A stretch of DNA of 64,000 nt from NCBI GenBank assembly GCA_963769425.1, contig CAVYLP010000006.1, positions 352,001 to 416,000 of the forward strand. Reading direction: 5' to 3'. Position numbers and translations under genes: made by a program. Positions 49,189-59,008 of the stretch are shown one piece after another (within the stretch, counting starts at the first letter, position 1; each line of letters opens with the position of its first letter). The stretch comes from Candidatus Bathyarchaeota archaeon (GTDB lineage Archaea > Thermoproteota > Bathyarchaeia > TCS64). The notes under the pieces were generated by a model that was given only the letters and a program-made list of their open reading frames with translations, was not told where the DNA came from and ran no database searches.

Positions 49189-50310
49189 ATGGTCAAGACC
49201 ACGGTATCATTAATAAAAGCCGATATAGGAAGCGTCGCGGGACACTCAGTCGTCGCCAAGCCACTCTTCGAGATAGCTAAGAAGAAGCTAGCCGAGGCCC
49301 AGAAACAGGGTCTCATCAACAGCTACTTTGTCTTCAACGCTGGGGACGACCTCGAGCTCCTCATGACGCACTTCAAGGGTGAAGACAACCCGGAAATACA
49401 CAAGCTCGCGTGGGACACCTTCCTCGCGTGCACCAAGAAGGCGAAGGAACTCAAGCTCTACGGCGCGGGGCAGGACCTGCTCCACGACGCCTTCAGCGGA
49501 AACGTCAAGGGGATGGGCCCCGGCGTGGCTGAGATGGAGTTCGAGGAGCGCGGAAGCGACCCGATCGTCGTCTTCGCCGCTGACAAAACTGAACCCTCCG
49601 CCTTCAACTACCTTCTCTACCGCGTCTTCGCCGACCCGAGCAACACCGCTGGACTCGTTATCGACCCCAAAATGACTGGTGGATTCAAGTTCGAGGTCTT
49701 CGACGCCTACGAGGACAAGAGCGTCGTTCTCGAGAGCCCGAAGGAGCTCTACCAGCTCATCGCCCTGATCGGCGCCACGAGCCGCTACATGGTCAGCAAG
49801 GTCTGGCGCACAAGCGACAATGAGATCGTCTCCACAAGCAGCACAACGAAGCTCAGCCTGATCGCGGGCACTTACGTTGGAAAGGATGACCCCGTCTGCC
49901 TCGTCAGGGGGCAGAGCGGATTCCCTAGCGTCGGAGAGATCATCGCTCCATTCCAGCACACCTATCTCGTCGCCGGCTGGATGCGCGGCAGCCACTGGGG
50001 GCCATTCATGCCCGTGGGGCTCAAGGACAGCAAGTGCACAGTCTTCGACGGCCCGCCGAGGATCGTCTGCCTAGGCGTCCAGATAAGCAACGGCAAACTC
50101 GCCGCGGACGACGAAGGCAACGTGCTCTTGGTCGACTTCTTCGAGGACGTCGCCTTCGACGGCGCACGCCAGGAGGCGATCCAGATGAGCCAGTTCCTCC
50201 GCCGTATGGGTGAATTCGAGCCAGCGAGGCTGGGACCCGAGGCGATGGAGTACACAACGCTCCCGCAGGTCCTGAAGACGCTGGAGCCACGCTTCAAGAA
50301 GAACAAGTAG
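49189..50310 (+). CDS. fbp: Bifunctional fructose-1,6-bisphosphate aldolase/phosphatase
   Basis: IKADIGS, GDD, YGAGQDL, DKTEP, YVGKDDP, GWMRGSH, FDGPP, MEYTT. Confidence 0.96.
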   Translation: MVKTTVSLIKADIGSVAGHSVVAKPLFEIAKKKLAEAQKQGLINSYFVFNAGDDLELLMTHFKGEDNPEIHKLAWDTFLACTKKAKELKLYGAGQDLLHDAFSGNVKGMGPGVAEMEFEERGSDPIVVFAADKTEPSAFNYLLYRVFADPSNTAGLVIDPKMTGGFKFEVFDAYEDKSVVLESPKELYQLIALIGATSRYMVSKVWRTSDNEIVSTSSTTKLSLIAGTYVGKDDPVCLVRGQSGFPSVGEIIAPFQHTYLVAGWMRGSHWGPFMPVGLKDSKCTVFDGPPRIVCLGVQISNGKLAADDEGNVLLVDFFEDVAFDGARQEAIQMSQFLRRMGEFEPARLGPEAMEYTTLPQVLKTLEPRFKKNK

Positions 50311-50400
50311 CTCCGGTCCACTTTTCGGGACTGATTTTTCTTTTCCTCAACTCGACTCTAATGATTATATTCAGCCGATCCTCAGGGAAACACGGTCAAA

Positions 50401-50607
50401 ATGAAGACGAGTGCAAGAAACATGATAGAGGGTAAGATCGTGAAGGTCGAGACCGACAAGATCGTGGCGTTGGTCAAGGTGGAGATCAAACCCGCCACAG
50501 TCACGTCCCTGATAACGAAGGAGTCCGCCGACGACCTCCAGCTGAAGGTCGGGGACAAGGTCCACGTCATGATAAAGTCGACTTCGGTGATGCTCGTTAA
50601 GGAGTAG
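50401..50607 (+). CDS. TOBE/Mop molybdate-tungstate binding protein
   Basis: SARN.I.G.I, SLIT.ES...L.L..GD.V...IKSTSV. Confidence 0.9.
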   Translation: MKTSARNMIEGKIVKVETDKIVALVKVEIKPATVTSLITKESADDLQLKVGDKVHVMIKSTSVMLVKE

Positions 50608-50679
50608 CCACACTTCTCAGGCACAAAGACCAAACGTGCGAGCGCCCAGTTCCTAGCGTAAGCACACTAGGGGAGTGCT

Positions 50680-51525
50680 ATGCCGACAAAGAATGGAGCC
50701 TTCAGGCTTGGGGACTTCGACTGCCACGTACTCTACGACGGATCCCGCAGCATCGGCTCGATGACCGAGGGTTCGGCGAGGAGTTTCATCTTCGGCGACG
50801 CCCCCGAGGCTGAGGTTGAAGCCGCCCTCAGACCCTACGGCGGAATCGACCTATCAACTCAGTTACCTTTCAACTATCTCCTCGCCGAAAACGGGGGGCA
50901 CGTGACGCTAATCGACGTCGGCTGCGGAGATCAGGCTGAGAATAATAAGAACCCGGATGAGCCCGCGGGGCTACTCTTGAGGAGCCTCGGCGAGGCGGGA
51001 TTCGGCGTAGACGACGTCGACACCGTGATCGTCTCCCACTGGCACTGGGACCACTTCGGCGGTGCGGTGACGGCAGGGGAAGTCACCTTCTCAAAAGCCG
51101 AGTACGTGATGAGCGCGAGAGAGGCGGAACACATCAAATCCAAGGCGGATGCGTGGGCGACCGAATACCTACGCATACTCGGCAAAAAGCTCAGGCTTCT
51201 ACCCGACGTCGCCGAGGTCGCCTCCGGCGTCACCGTCAGGACCACCCCCGGCCACACGCCCGGGATAGCTGTCACGGAGCTATCCTCAGGGGGCGAGATC
51301 CTGCTATTCACATCGGACATCATCATCCATCCGGCACACGTCGAGCACACCGGCTGGATACCATCTTTCGAGACGGACAGGGTCGCGGCTGCTGCGAGCA
51401 GGGGGAGGCTCATCGAGGATGCGTACAGGAGGAAGCTGCTACTATTCGTCCCACACATCCATGGCGTCCTCGGCAGGGTGAAGAATGGAAAAACGGGCTA
51501 TAGCTGGGTCGGAGAATACGGCTAG
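50680..51525 (+). CDS. Metallo-beta-lactamase fold hydrolase
   Basis: SHWHWDHFGG, PGHTPG, SD, H. Confidence 0.88.
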   Translation: MPTKNGAFRLGDFDCHVLYDGSRSIGSMTEGSARSFIFGDAPEAEVEAALRPYGGIDLSTQLPFNYLLAENGGHVTLIDVGCGDQAENNKNPDEPAGLLLRSLGEAGFGVDDVDTVIVSHWHWDHFGGAVTAGEVTFSKAEYVMSAREAEHIKSKADAWATEYLRILGKKLRLLPDVAEVASGVTVRTTPGHTPGIAVTELSSGGEILLFTSDIIIHPAHVEHTGWIPSFETDRVAAAASRGRLIEDAYRRKLLLFVPHIHGVLGRVKNGKTGYSWVGEYG

Positions 51526-52460
51526 AAGCGTGCCATGACCTTATCCGCGAACACGGGCATGTCGGCCCAGTCGGTGAAACTAAGGGTTATGAGCCCTATA
51601 TCCCTGTCAACATACTCTGTTATCTGCGCTACAACCTTGTCGGGGGTTCCGAAGCCGGGGCCCAGCCTCTTCCGAAGCTCTTCTGGGGTCTGGCCGCGCA
51701 TAGCGGCCGTCTTCTTGAGCCGTTCCACCGCATCTGCCTCGCTCTCGCCGAGGAGGATGCTGAAGGCCGTCGCTTTCCTAATTGAGTTGTAGTTCCTCCC
51801 CAGCCTCTCGCAGTGGCCGCGGAGGGCGGAGGTCTTCGCCTCGAGGATGCTGAGGTCGCCGGTGAAGAAGTGGCTGATGTTGGCGTGCTTCGCCGCGAGC
51901 TGGAGTGTTACCTTCTCACCCCCGCCTCCAACCATGATGGGGATTGGTTTCTGGATCGGCTGGGGCTTGTTGAGGACGTTCTCAACCTCGTAGAGCTTCC
52001 CCTTGTAGGTGAAGTGATCATTCGAGAACATGCCCTTGCATATCTCGATCGTCTCCCTAAGGCCGCGTAGCCTCTCCGCGGCGGTCGGGTACCTGCCCAT
52101 GAAGCCGTTGAATTCGTCCTCGTGCCACCCCGCGCCGATGCCGAAGACGAGCCGACCACCCGAGATTATGTCGACGCTCGTCGCCATCTTCGCCAGCACC
52201 GTCGGTCTCCTGTATCCATAGCAGCCGACGAGTGGGCCGAGCCTGACCCGCTTAGTCACAGCCGCGAGGCTGGAGAGGAGCGTCCAGCACTCCAGTGGGT
52301 GGTTGTCCTCACCCTTCGGGTTCCACATGTTCATGAAGTGGTCCGTCGTCGTGAAGAGGTCGTAACCACTCGCCTCGACGCCGAGGCAGGCCTCCCTCAT
52401 ATAACCCCAGTCCTTCCCCTCGGAGGGGAGGTGGACACCAAACCAAACATCTCTCGCCAT
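51522..52460 (-). CDS. LLM-class (probably F420-dependent) oxidoreductase
   Basis: DHF, LECWT.L..LA..T, AKMA.SVD.ISGGR..FGIGAGW, P.P.Q.PIPIMVGGGGE. Confidence 0.9.
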   Translation of the reverse strand: MARDVWFGVHLPSEGKDWGYMREACLGVEASGYDLFTTTDHFMNMWNPKGEDNHPLECWTLLSSLAAVTKRVRLGPLVGCYGYRRPTVLAKMATSVDIISGGRLVFGIGAGWHEDEFNGFMGRYPTAAERLRGLRETIEICKGMFSNDHFTYKGKLYEVENVLNKPQPIQKPIPIMVGGGGEKVTLQLAAKHANISHFFTGDLSILEAKTSALRGHCERLGRNYNSIRKATAFSILLGESEADAVERLKKTAAMRGQTPEELRKRLGPGFGTPDKVVAQITEYVDRDIGLITLSFTDWADMPVFADKVMARF

Positions 52461-52501
52461 ATGAATCAGTGAATGAGGGGAGCCACGGGATTAGAACGTT
52501 G

Positions 52502-53371
52502 TCAGAGGAGGAGCGAGCCGACGGAGGCGACGAGGAAGGCGAACAGGGAGAGAATGCAGCCCGACGCGATGGAGTCCAGTCTCGAAAATTTGTCACTCGC
52601 GAAAAGGTTCCCCAGGAGTACTGCCACAAGTGGGATGATGCTCGCGATAGCCATGGCTTTGCCCGAGAAAAGTGACAGAATCACGGTGGAAGCGATGCAC
52701 AGGAGCAGGGCGACAATAAGACACGCCCTCCAGCCGAACCGCACAACGAGGTTCATCTTACCCCCCGCCCTATCCGCCTCCACATCTGGAAGCTCAAGAC
52801 TCACCCCGAGGACAAAACCATACAACACAAGCGCCAACGAGACCAACACAAACCCCGTATCAAGGATGCCCTTAACAGCTAGGTAACCAGCAGCGGGGAC
52901 GCCGAAGCCAGTCCCGACGGCTATCGCGGCCTCACCGAGGCCACGGTAGGCGAGCTTGATAGGTGGCAGGGAGTAGAGCCAACCCAACGCGTTCGTCGCC
53001 AACGTCAAGGGGATGATAACCGGGGATACCTCCATCCCCACCGCGAGCACCGCCAAGGCTATCGAGGCTAGAGATAGCACCTTCGCCACGTCTAAGGCTG
53101 GGATCATCAGGTCAGCCCTCGCCGCGAGCATGTTGCTCCCCCCGAACGTCTTCCTAGGCGCCACCCGGTCGAGCCCCACGTCGAAATAGTCGTTACTAAA
53201 GTGTGTGGAGAGGTCCCCGAGCGCCACGACCCCATAGCAGATGACGAATATGAGCGGGTTGAACACACCGCCGGAGGCTAGGCCGAGAAGCGCGCCTAGC
53301 GCGCAGCCGAGGGCGCCTCCGAGTAGGATGGGGAGTCGAACCACACGAAGCAGATCAACTCTCCCAGCCAT
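52502..53371 (-). CDS. UbiA-family prenyltransferase, MenA-like
   Basis: NDYFD...D, FGGS, YS.PP.KL.YRGLGE, PDVEADR..GK.NL.VR.G. Confidence 0.85.
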   Translation of the reverse strand: MAGRVDLLRVVRLPILLGGALGCALGALLGLASGGVFNPLIFVICYGVVALGDLSTHFSNDYFDVGLDRVAPRKTFGGSNMLAARADLMIPALDVAKVLSLASIALAVLAVGMEVSPVIIPLTLATNALGWLYSLPPIKLAYRGLGEAAIAVGTGFGVPAAGYLAVKGILDTGFVLVSLALVLYGFVLGVSLELPDVEADRAGGKMNLVVRFGWRACLIVALLLCIASTVILSLFSGKAMAIASIIPLVAVLLGNLFASDKFSRLDSIASGCILSLFAFLVASVGSLLL

Positions 53372-53453
53372 ACCCAAGCTTCCTGTTCGATCGAAACCGG
53401 GTCGGGAAAGGTATTTTAATTGAACTGGTCGATACCAACAGCGTCCCGAGGGG

Positions 53454-54353
53454 GTAGACATAGAGACAGTCAAGGGATACGTCGACCTGACGCGCATCCA
53501 GTTCTTCTTCGTCTGGCCCCTCCTCTTTCTCTCCGGCCTCTTCCTCAGTTTCCCGATATACGGGGGCTTCGACTGGCTACTCGTCGCCAAGTCAGCTATG
53601 ATCGCCCTCCTCGGGTTCGAGGCGGGCTTCGTCCTCAACGACTACGTCGACCGCGACCTCGACGCGAAGGACGTGGAGCATGACAAGCTGACGAAGTACT
53701 GGAGGCTATTCGGCAGGAGACCACTCGCATCAGGAAAGGTATCGGCGAGGAATGCTCTCATTCTCTTCATCGTATTAGCAGCAGCTGCTGGCGCGCTGAT
53801 CCTCACCCTGCCCCCGCCCCACTCCTATTGGGTCCTCACCATAATGGCCTACAGCTACATCGTCGAGGTCTTCTACCAGCTAAGAAAAAGAAACCAGGGC
53901 TACCCCATCGCACAGCTCATCGGTCGCACCGACTTCAGCCTCTTCCCCGTCGCCGGGTACCTAGTCAACGGCCTGCCCGGCGTGGTCCCACTCCTCTACC
54001 TCCTATTCTTCTACCCCTTCGCCCAGGCGCACCTCGGGATGAATGACCTCATAGACTTGGCCAACGACGAAGTGAGAGGGCTAAAGACGATACCAGTTCT
54101 ATACGGACTAAAGAGGACTGGGCAGTGGGTTCTTGTGTTCACCATCCTCCATTTCGTGGGCGCAATCGTCTTCGCTACAGTGCTCAAACCAGTTGCAATA
54201 GTCGGTATCGCTCTGGGGCTCATCCTGCTCACCGTCGCAAACGTTACCGTTCAGAGGAAACCCACGCCCGAGTCCGCGCTTAAGGTCCTGCCCATGTTCC
54301 ACCTAGCGATGCTCGTTTATACGGCGTCGATTATCATCAGCTACTTCCTGTAA
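53454..54353 (+). CDS. UbiA-family prenyltransferase; the frame extends 48 codons upstream of ATG 53598 with no canonical start
   Basis: VKGYVDLTR N-terminus, NDYVDRDLD, RPLASG, NDLID..ND..RGLKTIPV.YG. Confidence 0.85.
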   Translation, partial: VDIETVKGYVDLTRIQFFFVWPLLFLSGLFLSFPIYGGFDWLLVAKSAMIALLGFEAGFVLNDYVDRDLDAKDVEHDKLTKYWRLFGRRPLASGKVSARNALILFIVLAAAAGALILTLPPPHSYWVLTIMAYSYIVEVFYQLRKRNQGYPIAQLIGRTDFSLFPVAGYLVNGLPGVVPLLYLLFFYPFAQAHLGMNDLIDLANDEVRGLKTIPVLYGLKRTGQWVLVFTILHFVGAIVFATVLKPVAIVGIALGLILLTVANVTVQRKPTPESALKVLPMFHLAMLVYTASIIISYFL

Positions 54354-54415
54354 CGTTACCTACAGCCGCGTGAATACACCTTTAAACGCGGTCCGAGTAA
54401 CAAACCCTGACCTCG

Positions 54416-55720
54416 ATGACCGAGTACCAGCAGGCAGTCGAGTGGCTCTTCCAGATCAGGAGATTCGGCCCCGAGAGGACCCTCGACCCGATAATCCGCC
54501 TAGCCGGGCTCCTCGACGACCCCCAGAACAGCTACAAATCCATACACATCACCGGCACAAACGGTAAGGGCAGCACCTCAGCGATGATCGCAAGCATCCT
54601 ACGCGCTGCTGGCTACCGAGTTGGACTCTTCACCAGCCCACACCTAGAGCGATTCACCGAGAGGATAATGGTCGACGGCGAGGAGATACCCGAGGAGGAC
54701 GTCGTGAGGCTCACCAAGCTCATTAAGCCCCTGGTCGAGAGGCTCGACGCCGAGCCTCAGCGCGTCCACCCACTCTTCTTCGACATCGTTACCGCCATGG
54801 CCCTTAAGTACTTCGAGGAGATGCGTGTCGACTTCGCCGTTCTCGAGGTCGGTATGGGAGGACGCCTCGACGCCACTAACATCGTCAACCCCCTCGTCTC
54901 CGTCATCACGAACATCAGTCTCGAGCACACACATGTCCTCGGCGACACCGTCCTCAAGATCGCATACGAGAAGGCGGGTATAATCAAGCCCTATAGCGTC
55001 CTCGTCACAGCGACACAGGACGACTCCGTCTACGCCCTATTCGAGGAGAGGTGCAGGAGCATTGATACCGAGATACACAGGGTCGGGGGCGACATAACTT
55101 TTCGCAGGCTAGGGGGAGACCTACACTACCAGAGTTTCAAGGTCAAAGGGCTCAAGGGGAGCTACACCCTCCGGACCCCCCTCCTCGGGGGCTACCAGCT
55201 CTATAACGCGGCGACTGCCATCGGGGCCGTCGAATCTTTGAGTTACAGCAAAATCGAGATATCGGAAACCGCCATCGCCCGAGGCCTCGCCGAGGTCAGT
55301 TGGCCCGGCAGACTAGAGGTCATGCAGGAGCACCCACTCGTCGTCCTCGACTCCGCCAAGGACGCGGAGGCGACGCGCGCCCTCAGTGAAGCCGTCGACG
55401 AGCTGCCCCACCGGAAGCTCATAGCAGTCGTCAGCATAAGCAGCGATAAGAACATCCCAGAGATGATCCGGCACATAGCCTCCGTCGCGGACGAGTTCAT
55501 AGTCACGAGCCACAGCGTCATGGGACGGGCTGCGGAGAGGGATTTCATCGGCGGCGAGGTAGACAAGTACGTTTTACCCTGGGTTTCGGTGGAGAAGGTG
55601 GAGGACGCTGTGAACGCCGCCTTGGTCAAGGCGGGGAGGGACGACATGATCCTCGTGGCGGGCTCTGTCTTCGTTGTAGGCGAAGCTAGGAGAATCTGGA
55701 AAGGCACGGGCAAGTCCTAA
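54416..55720 (+). CDS. folC: Folylpolyglutamate synthase/dihydrofolate synthase
   Basis: HITGTNGKGS, FTSPHL, EVGMGGRLDATN, EKAGIIK, WPGR. Confidence 0.92.
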   Translation: MTEYQQAVEWLFQIRRFGPERTLDPIIRLAGLLDDPQNSYKSIHITGTNGKGSTSAMIASILRAAGYRVGLFTSPHLERFTERIMVDGEEIPEEDVVRLTKLIKPLVERLDAEPQRVHPLFFDIVTAMALKYFEEMRVDFAVLEVGMGGRLDATNIVNPLVSVITNISLEHTHVLGDTVLKIAYEKAGIIKPYSVLVTATQDDSVYALFEERCRSIDTEIHRVGGDITFRRLGGDLHYQSFKVKGLKGSYTLRTPLLGGYQLYNAATAIGAVESLSYSKIEISETAIARGLAEVSWPGRLEVMQEHPLVVLDSAKDAEATRALSEAVDELPHRKLIAVVSISSDKNIPEMIRHIASVADEFIVTSHSVMGRAAERDFIGGEVDKYVLPWVSVEKVEDAVNAALVKAGRDDMILVAGSVFVVGEARRIWKGTGKS

Positions 55721-56832
55721 CCAAGGGACTCCACGAGCGCCGAAGCCTCCTCCTTTATGCGGGCTCTCATGACTGAGCATGAACCTAAGAGAACCACGCC
55801 CAACTCCTCACCCCTCGCCGCGACTACAAGTGCCTTACTAGCCAACTCAACCGGCTCCACGACGCAGCCTCCAACACCGGCATAGTCCATGAAGCCCCGA
55901 ATCTTCTCATCATAACCCACGCTGACGACAGGCACACCCTGGGAAGCTGCCAGAATCAGGGAGTGAAGCCTGAGACCGACGACGATGGATGCGGAACCTA
56001 GAAAGGCGGCAGCAGCGTGGGGTTCGAGAGTCTTTGCCAAGAAGTGGGAGGGCATAATCATCGACCCTCTGATTGACCCAATTTCGGCGAGATCGTCGTC
56101 GGTTGAGGCGATGTGCATCGGCAGGAAGACGACGATGTACCCTGCTTCGCTCAACTTGTCAGCTGCTCGTGCCAACCCTATACGGATTGATTCTATCTGC
56201 AGTTGTGTAATATGGTCATGGTAGTGTGCCCTATTTGATGCCGACAAGGCCCTCGGACATATCATAGCAATTTGGCCACGCTCTATACCCATTTTCTCCA
56301 GAAGTACTTGTACTGTTCCTCGGGGTGCGGGCTCGACGAAGAGGGCCGAGTCCCCAGTCAGATTAACCGGACCACCAGTTATCCCCTCTATTCGCCTCTT
56401 GCTTATCTTATCCCTAACCGAGATTCTTGTACGTAACAGCAATCTGCGCGTCAGCCATCGACCGTGAGGAGATTCGATCCTCTTCGCCCCGACGCCGAAA
56501 CAGGCGAGAGGCGCCTCTCGTCTTGCGAGCCCCATGTGAATGAGCCTTGACAGGTGATCATAATCGTAGAGAGGTGTTCCCCCAGTTACAAGAATTACAT
56601 CAGCGTGGGAGAAAGCATCGTAATTGGCGCCTCGGAGGAGGTACTCCTTCGGGCTGAGGAGCCTCTCAGCCTCAACCCCACAGATATCCCTCGTCCGCTC
56701 GGGGTCGATCGAGAGCGCGGTCACCTCCCCACCCGAGGAGACCTTTTGCAGCACCGACTTAACGCCGATCAGGATCGCGTCGTCCCCGACGTTGCCAGAA
56801 CCGTACCAGCCGCCGAAAGCGAGGAACCTCAG
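55717..56832 (-). CDS. Polysaccharide pyruvyl transferase family (CsaB-like), probable CTG start
   Basis: In-frame extension gives GGWYGSGNVGDDAIL; also GGTPLYD, GVG, SVRD..S, RLHSLI.A...G.P, YDEK. Confidence 0.85.
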   Translation of the reverse strand: MRFLAFGGWYGSGNVGDDAILIGVKSVLQKVSSGGEVTALSIDPERTRDICGVEAERLLSPKEYLLRGANYDAFSHADVILVTGGTPLYDYDHLSRLIHMGLARREAPLACFGVGAKRIESPHGRWLTRRLLLRTRISVRDKISKRRIEGITGGPVNLTGDSALFVEPAPRGTVQVLLEKMGIERGQIAMICPRALSASNRAHYHDHITQLQIESIRIGLARAADKLSEAGYIVVFLPMHIASTDDDLAEIGSIRGSMIMPSHFLAKTLEPHAAAAFLGSASIVVGLRLHSLILAASQGVPVVSVGYDEKIRGFMDYAGVGGCVVEPVELASKALVVAARGEELGVVLLGSCSVMRARIKEEASALVESLG

Positions 56833-56834
56833 CG

Positions 56835-57953
56835 CTAACCCTCCCCGAGGGCCCTCCTGTACGCCTCGAGGTGGAGGTCGACCACCCTCCCGACCTCGTA
56901 GACCCCCTCGACGTGGGTCCTCCCCCGCCTACCCCTGCGAAACCAGTCCTCGGATGTGAGCATGGTCCGGATCGCGGAGGCGTAGTCATCCCCAGCGACT
57001 CTAAGACCGTAGGAGGATGTGAGACCATCCGGGTCCTCCCCGCTTATAATCGGGGTCTCATGTGCAAGCGCCTCGAGGAACGAGACGGGCAGGGCCTCCC
57101 GTATGCTCGTGTTGACGAGCGCCCAGCTCTCTCCTAGTATCCGCGACTTCTCAGCCTCGTCCACAAACCCCGTCATGGTGAGGTTAGGCAAACCGGCGTA
57201 TCGCCTCCTGATCTCCGCATCCCCTGTCGCGTCGTGCCCCTGCCCCATCGCCACGAAGTAGACATCAGGGAACCTACGGGCGATGTCGAGGAACAGCTTG
57301 ACACGCTTTTGCGGGTCCCAGCGGGCGAGGAAGCAGACAGTAGGCGTGTCCGACTTCCTCATTCTCCTCCTCGGGACGTAGACGGGATTGGGAAGGAGAG
57401 CCGGTTCATAACGTAGGCTGTAGAGCCTCCTCGCCCTTGATGAGAGGAAGCTCGCCTGCGTGTAGAGTGCCGTCGCCCCCCGGCAAGCCCGTGAGAGGAC
57501 CCTCCGCTCGAACCAGAGCCGCGCCCTAAACGAGGAGGTCATCCTGTAGCCTGGCTCGACGAGACCTATCCTCTTCCATTCGCCTTCGTCGTAGGGGTCC
57601 TGGAACGTGATGAGGTGCTTCCTCCCCGGGCAGGCTCTTTGGGCCGCCACGGTGTTGTAGCTCGCCTCCTGGCTGTGGTAGACGTCGGCGTTGACCTGTT
57701 TGTAGTAGGGGAGGGAGTCCATCCTCGACCAAAGGGCACGGACGAGGTGCGGTGCACTGGTGTGTGGTGGGTACCCGTAGACAGTGAAGCCGTCAAGCTT
57801 CTCTATCTCCTCCTGCCCGCGTCTACGCGGGGTTACGACATAAACCTCCACTCCTCTGAGGGCAAGCTCCCTCGCCAAGGTACGCGTGACGTACCCGAAC
57901 CCTCCATGTACGCCCCACGCAAAGGTCTCAGGGGACACGAAGCATACTCTCAA
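56835..57953 (-). CDS. GT4 glycosyltransferase
   Basis: HGG, R..PQKR, TSIREALPVSFLEALA. Confidence 0.9.
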   Translation of the reverse strand: MRVCFVSPETFAWGVHGGFGYVTRTLARELALRGVEVYVVTPRRRGQEEIEKLDGFTVYGYPPHTSAPHLVRALWSRMDSLPYYKQVNADVYHSQEASYNTVAAQRACPGRKHLITFQDPYDEGEWKRIGLVEPGYRMTSSFRARLWFERRVLSRACRGATALYTQASFLSSRARRLYSLRYEPALLPNPVYVPRRRMRKSDTPTVCFLARWDPQKRVKLFLDIARRFPDVYFVAMGQGHDATGDAEIRRRYAGLPNLTMTGFVDEAEKSRILGESWALVNTSIREALPVSFLEALAHETPIISGEDPDGLTSSYGLRVAGDDYASAIRTMLTSEDWFRRGRRGRTHVEGVYEVGRVVDLHLEAYRRALGEG

Positions 57954-58032
57954 AATCCCTCAGCGCTACTATCAGATCAATCATATAGATTTATATTTTA
58001 CTGATAATAATAGATGTTCTTTGGGTGTTGGG

Positions 58033-59008
58033 GTGTTGCCAGCTGTCTCCCTCGTCGTCCCGGTCCACAACGAGGCGGCGAAGATGTGGTCAAGCACCGT
58101 GGCCCTCAGGAAGCACCTTAGAAGGGTGAGCGAGTCCTTCGAGATCATCCTAATTGAGAACGGCAGCAGCGACGACACCCAGTTGGTTGCGGAGGCGCTT
58201 AGCTCAAGGTTCCACGAGATAAGGTGTCTGACGCTGCCACGAGGCCTCCCTCGGAGACGCACTTAAACTGGGAATCGATTCAGCCTCAGGAGACAAGGTG
58301 CTGTACTACCCCCTGGACCTCTCTGTCGGCCTCGAGTTCATCCCGAAGAGCCTCAAGCTCCTAGACGAGTACGACCTTGTGGTCGCATCGAAGAGACGCG
58401 GAGACGACGGTAGGCCAATGATCAGAAGGATTACGAGCATCAGCTACCATGGGCTGGTGAAGCTTTTCTACAGGACACACATTTCGGACACGACATGTGC
58501 CAAGGCGTTCAAGAAGGAGGCTATCAGCAGGCTTATCGACTGCTTCCCTGGTGCGAGCAGGGTCTTCGAGACGGAAATGCTTGTTGAGGCTGAGCGGCGG
58601 GGCATGAGGATAGTTGAGGTGCCTGTGAGCGTCGTCGAGAGTCGGAGGAGCCGAGAGACCCTTCTAAGGAAGGTGGAGACGAAGCTAGAGGATCTATTAT
58701 CCGCAAGGCTGGACAGACTCGCACTATTCTCGGGCGTCCCAGTGCTCCTAGCGGGCTTACTCTGGCTGATCATACTCGCCCTCGAGAAGCTCGGCTCACC
58801 CCTCTCCGGATTCCTGAGCCCCTATAGCCTCCTAGCCGCTGTCCTACTCATTTTGGGAGGATTCCAGATAGCGACATTCGGCCTACTATCGAGGCTGATG
58901 CTGCAGCTTCGGGGGGAGGTTACTAGGAGGAATGGGCGTGTGCTAGATGAGTCCGAGGAGCTGCCAGTAGGGTATTCCGGCGACGAGGACGATGAGGACC
59001 GATACTAG
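58033..59008 (+). CDS. GT2 (DPM1/AglD-like) glycosyltransferase with C-terminal TMs, +1 frameshift near 58240
   Basis: SLVVPVHNEA, IENGSSDDT, then LGDALK.G, SDT.C.KAF, FETE, EVPV. Total length is 3n+1. Confidence 0.8.
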
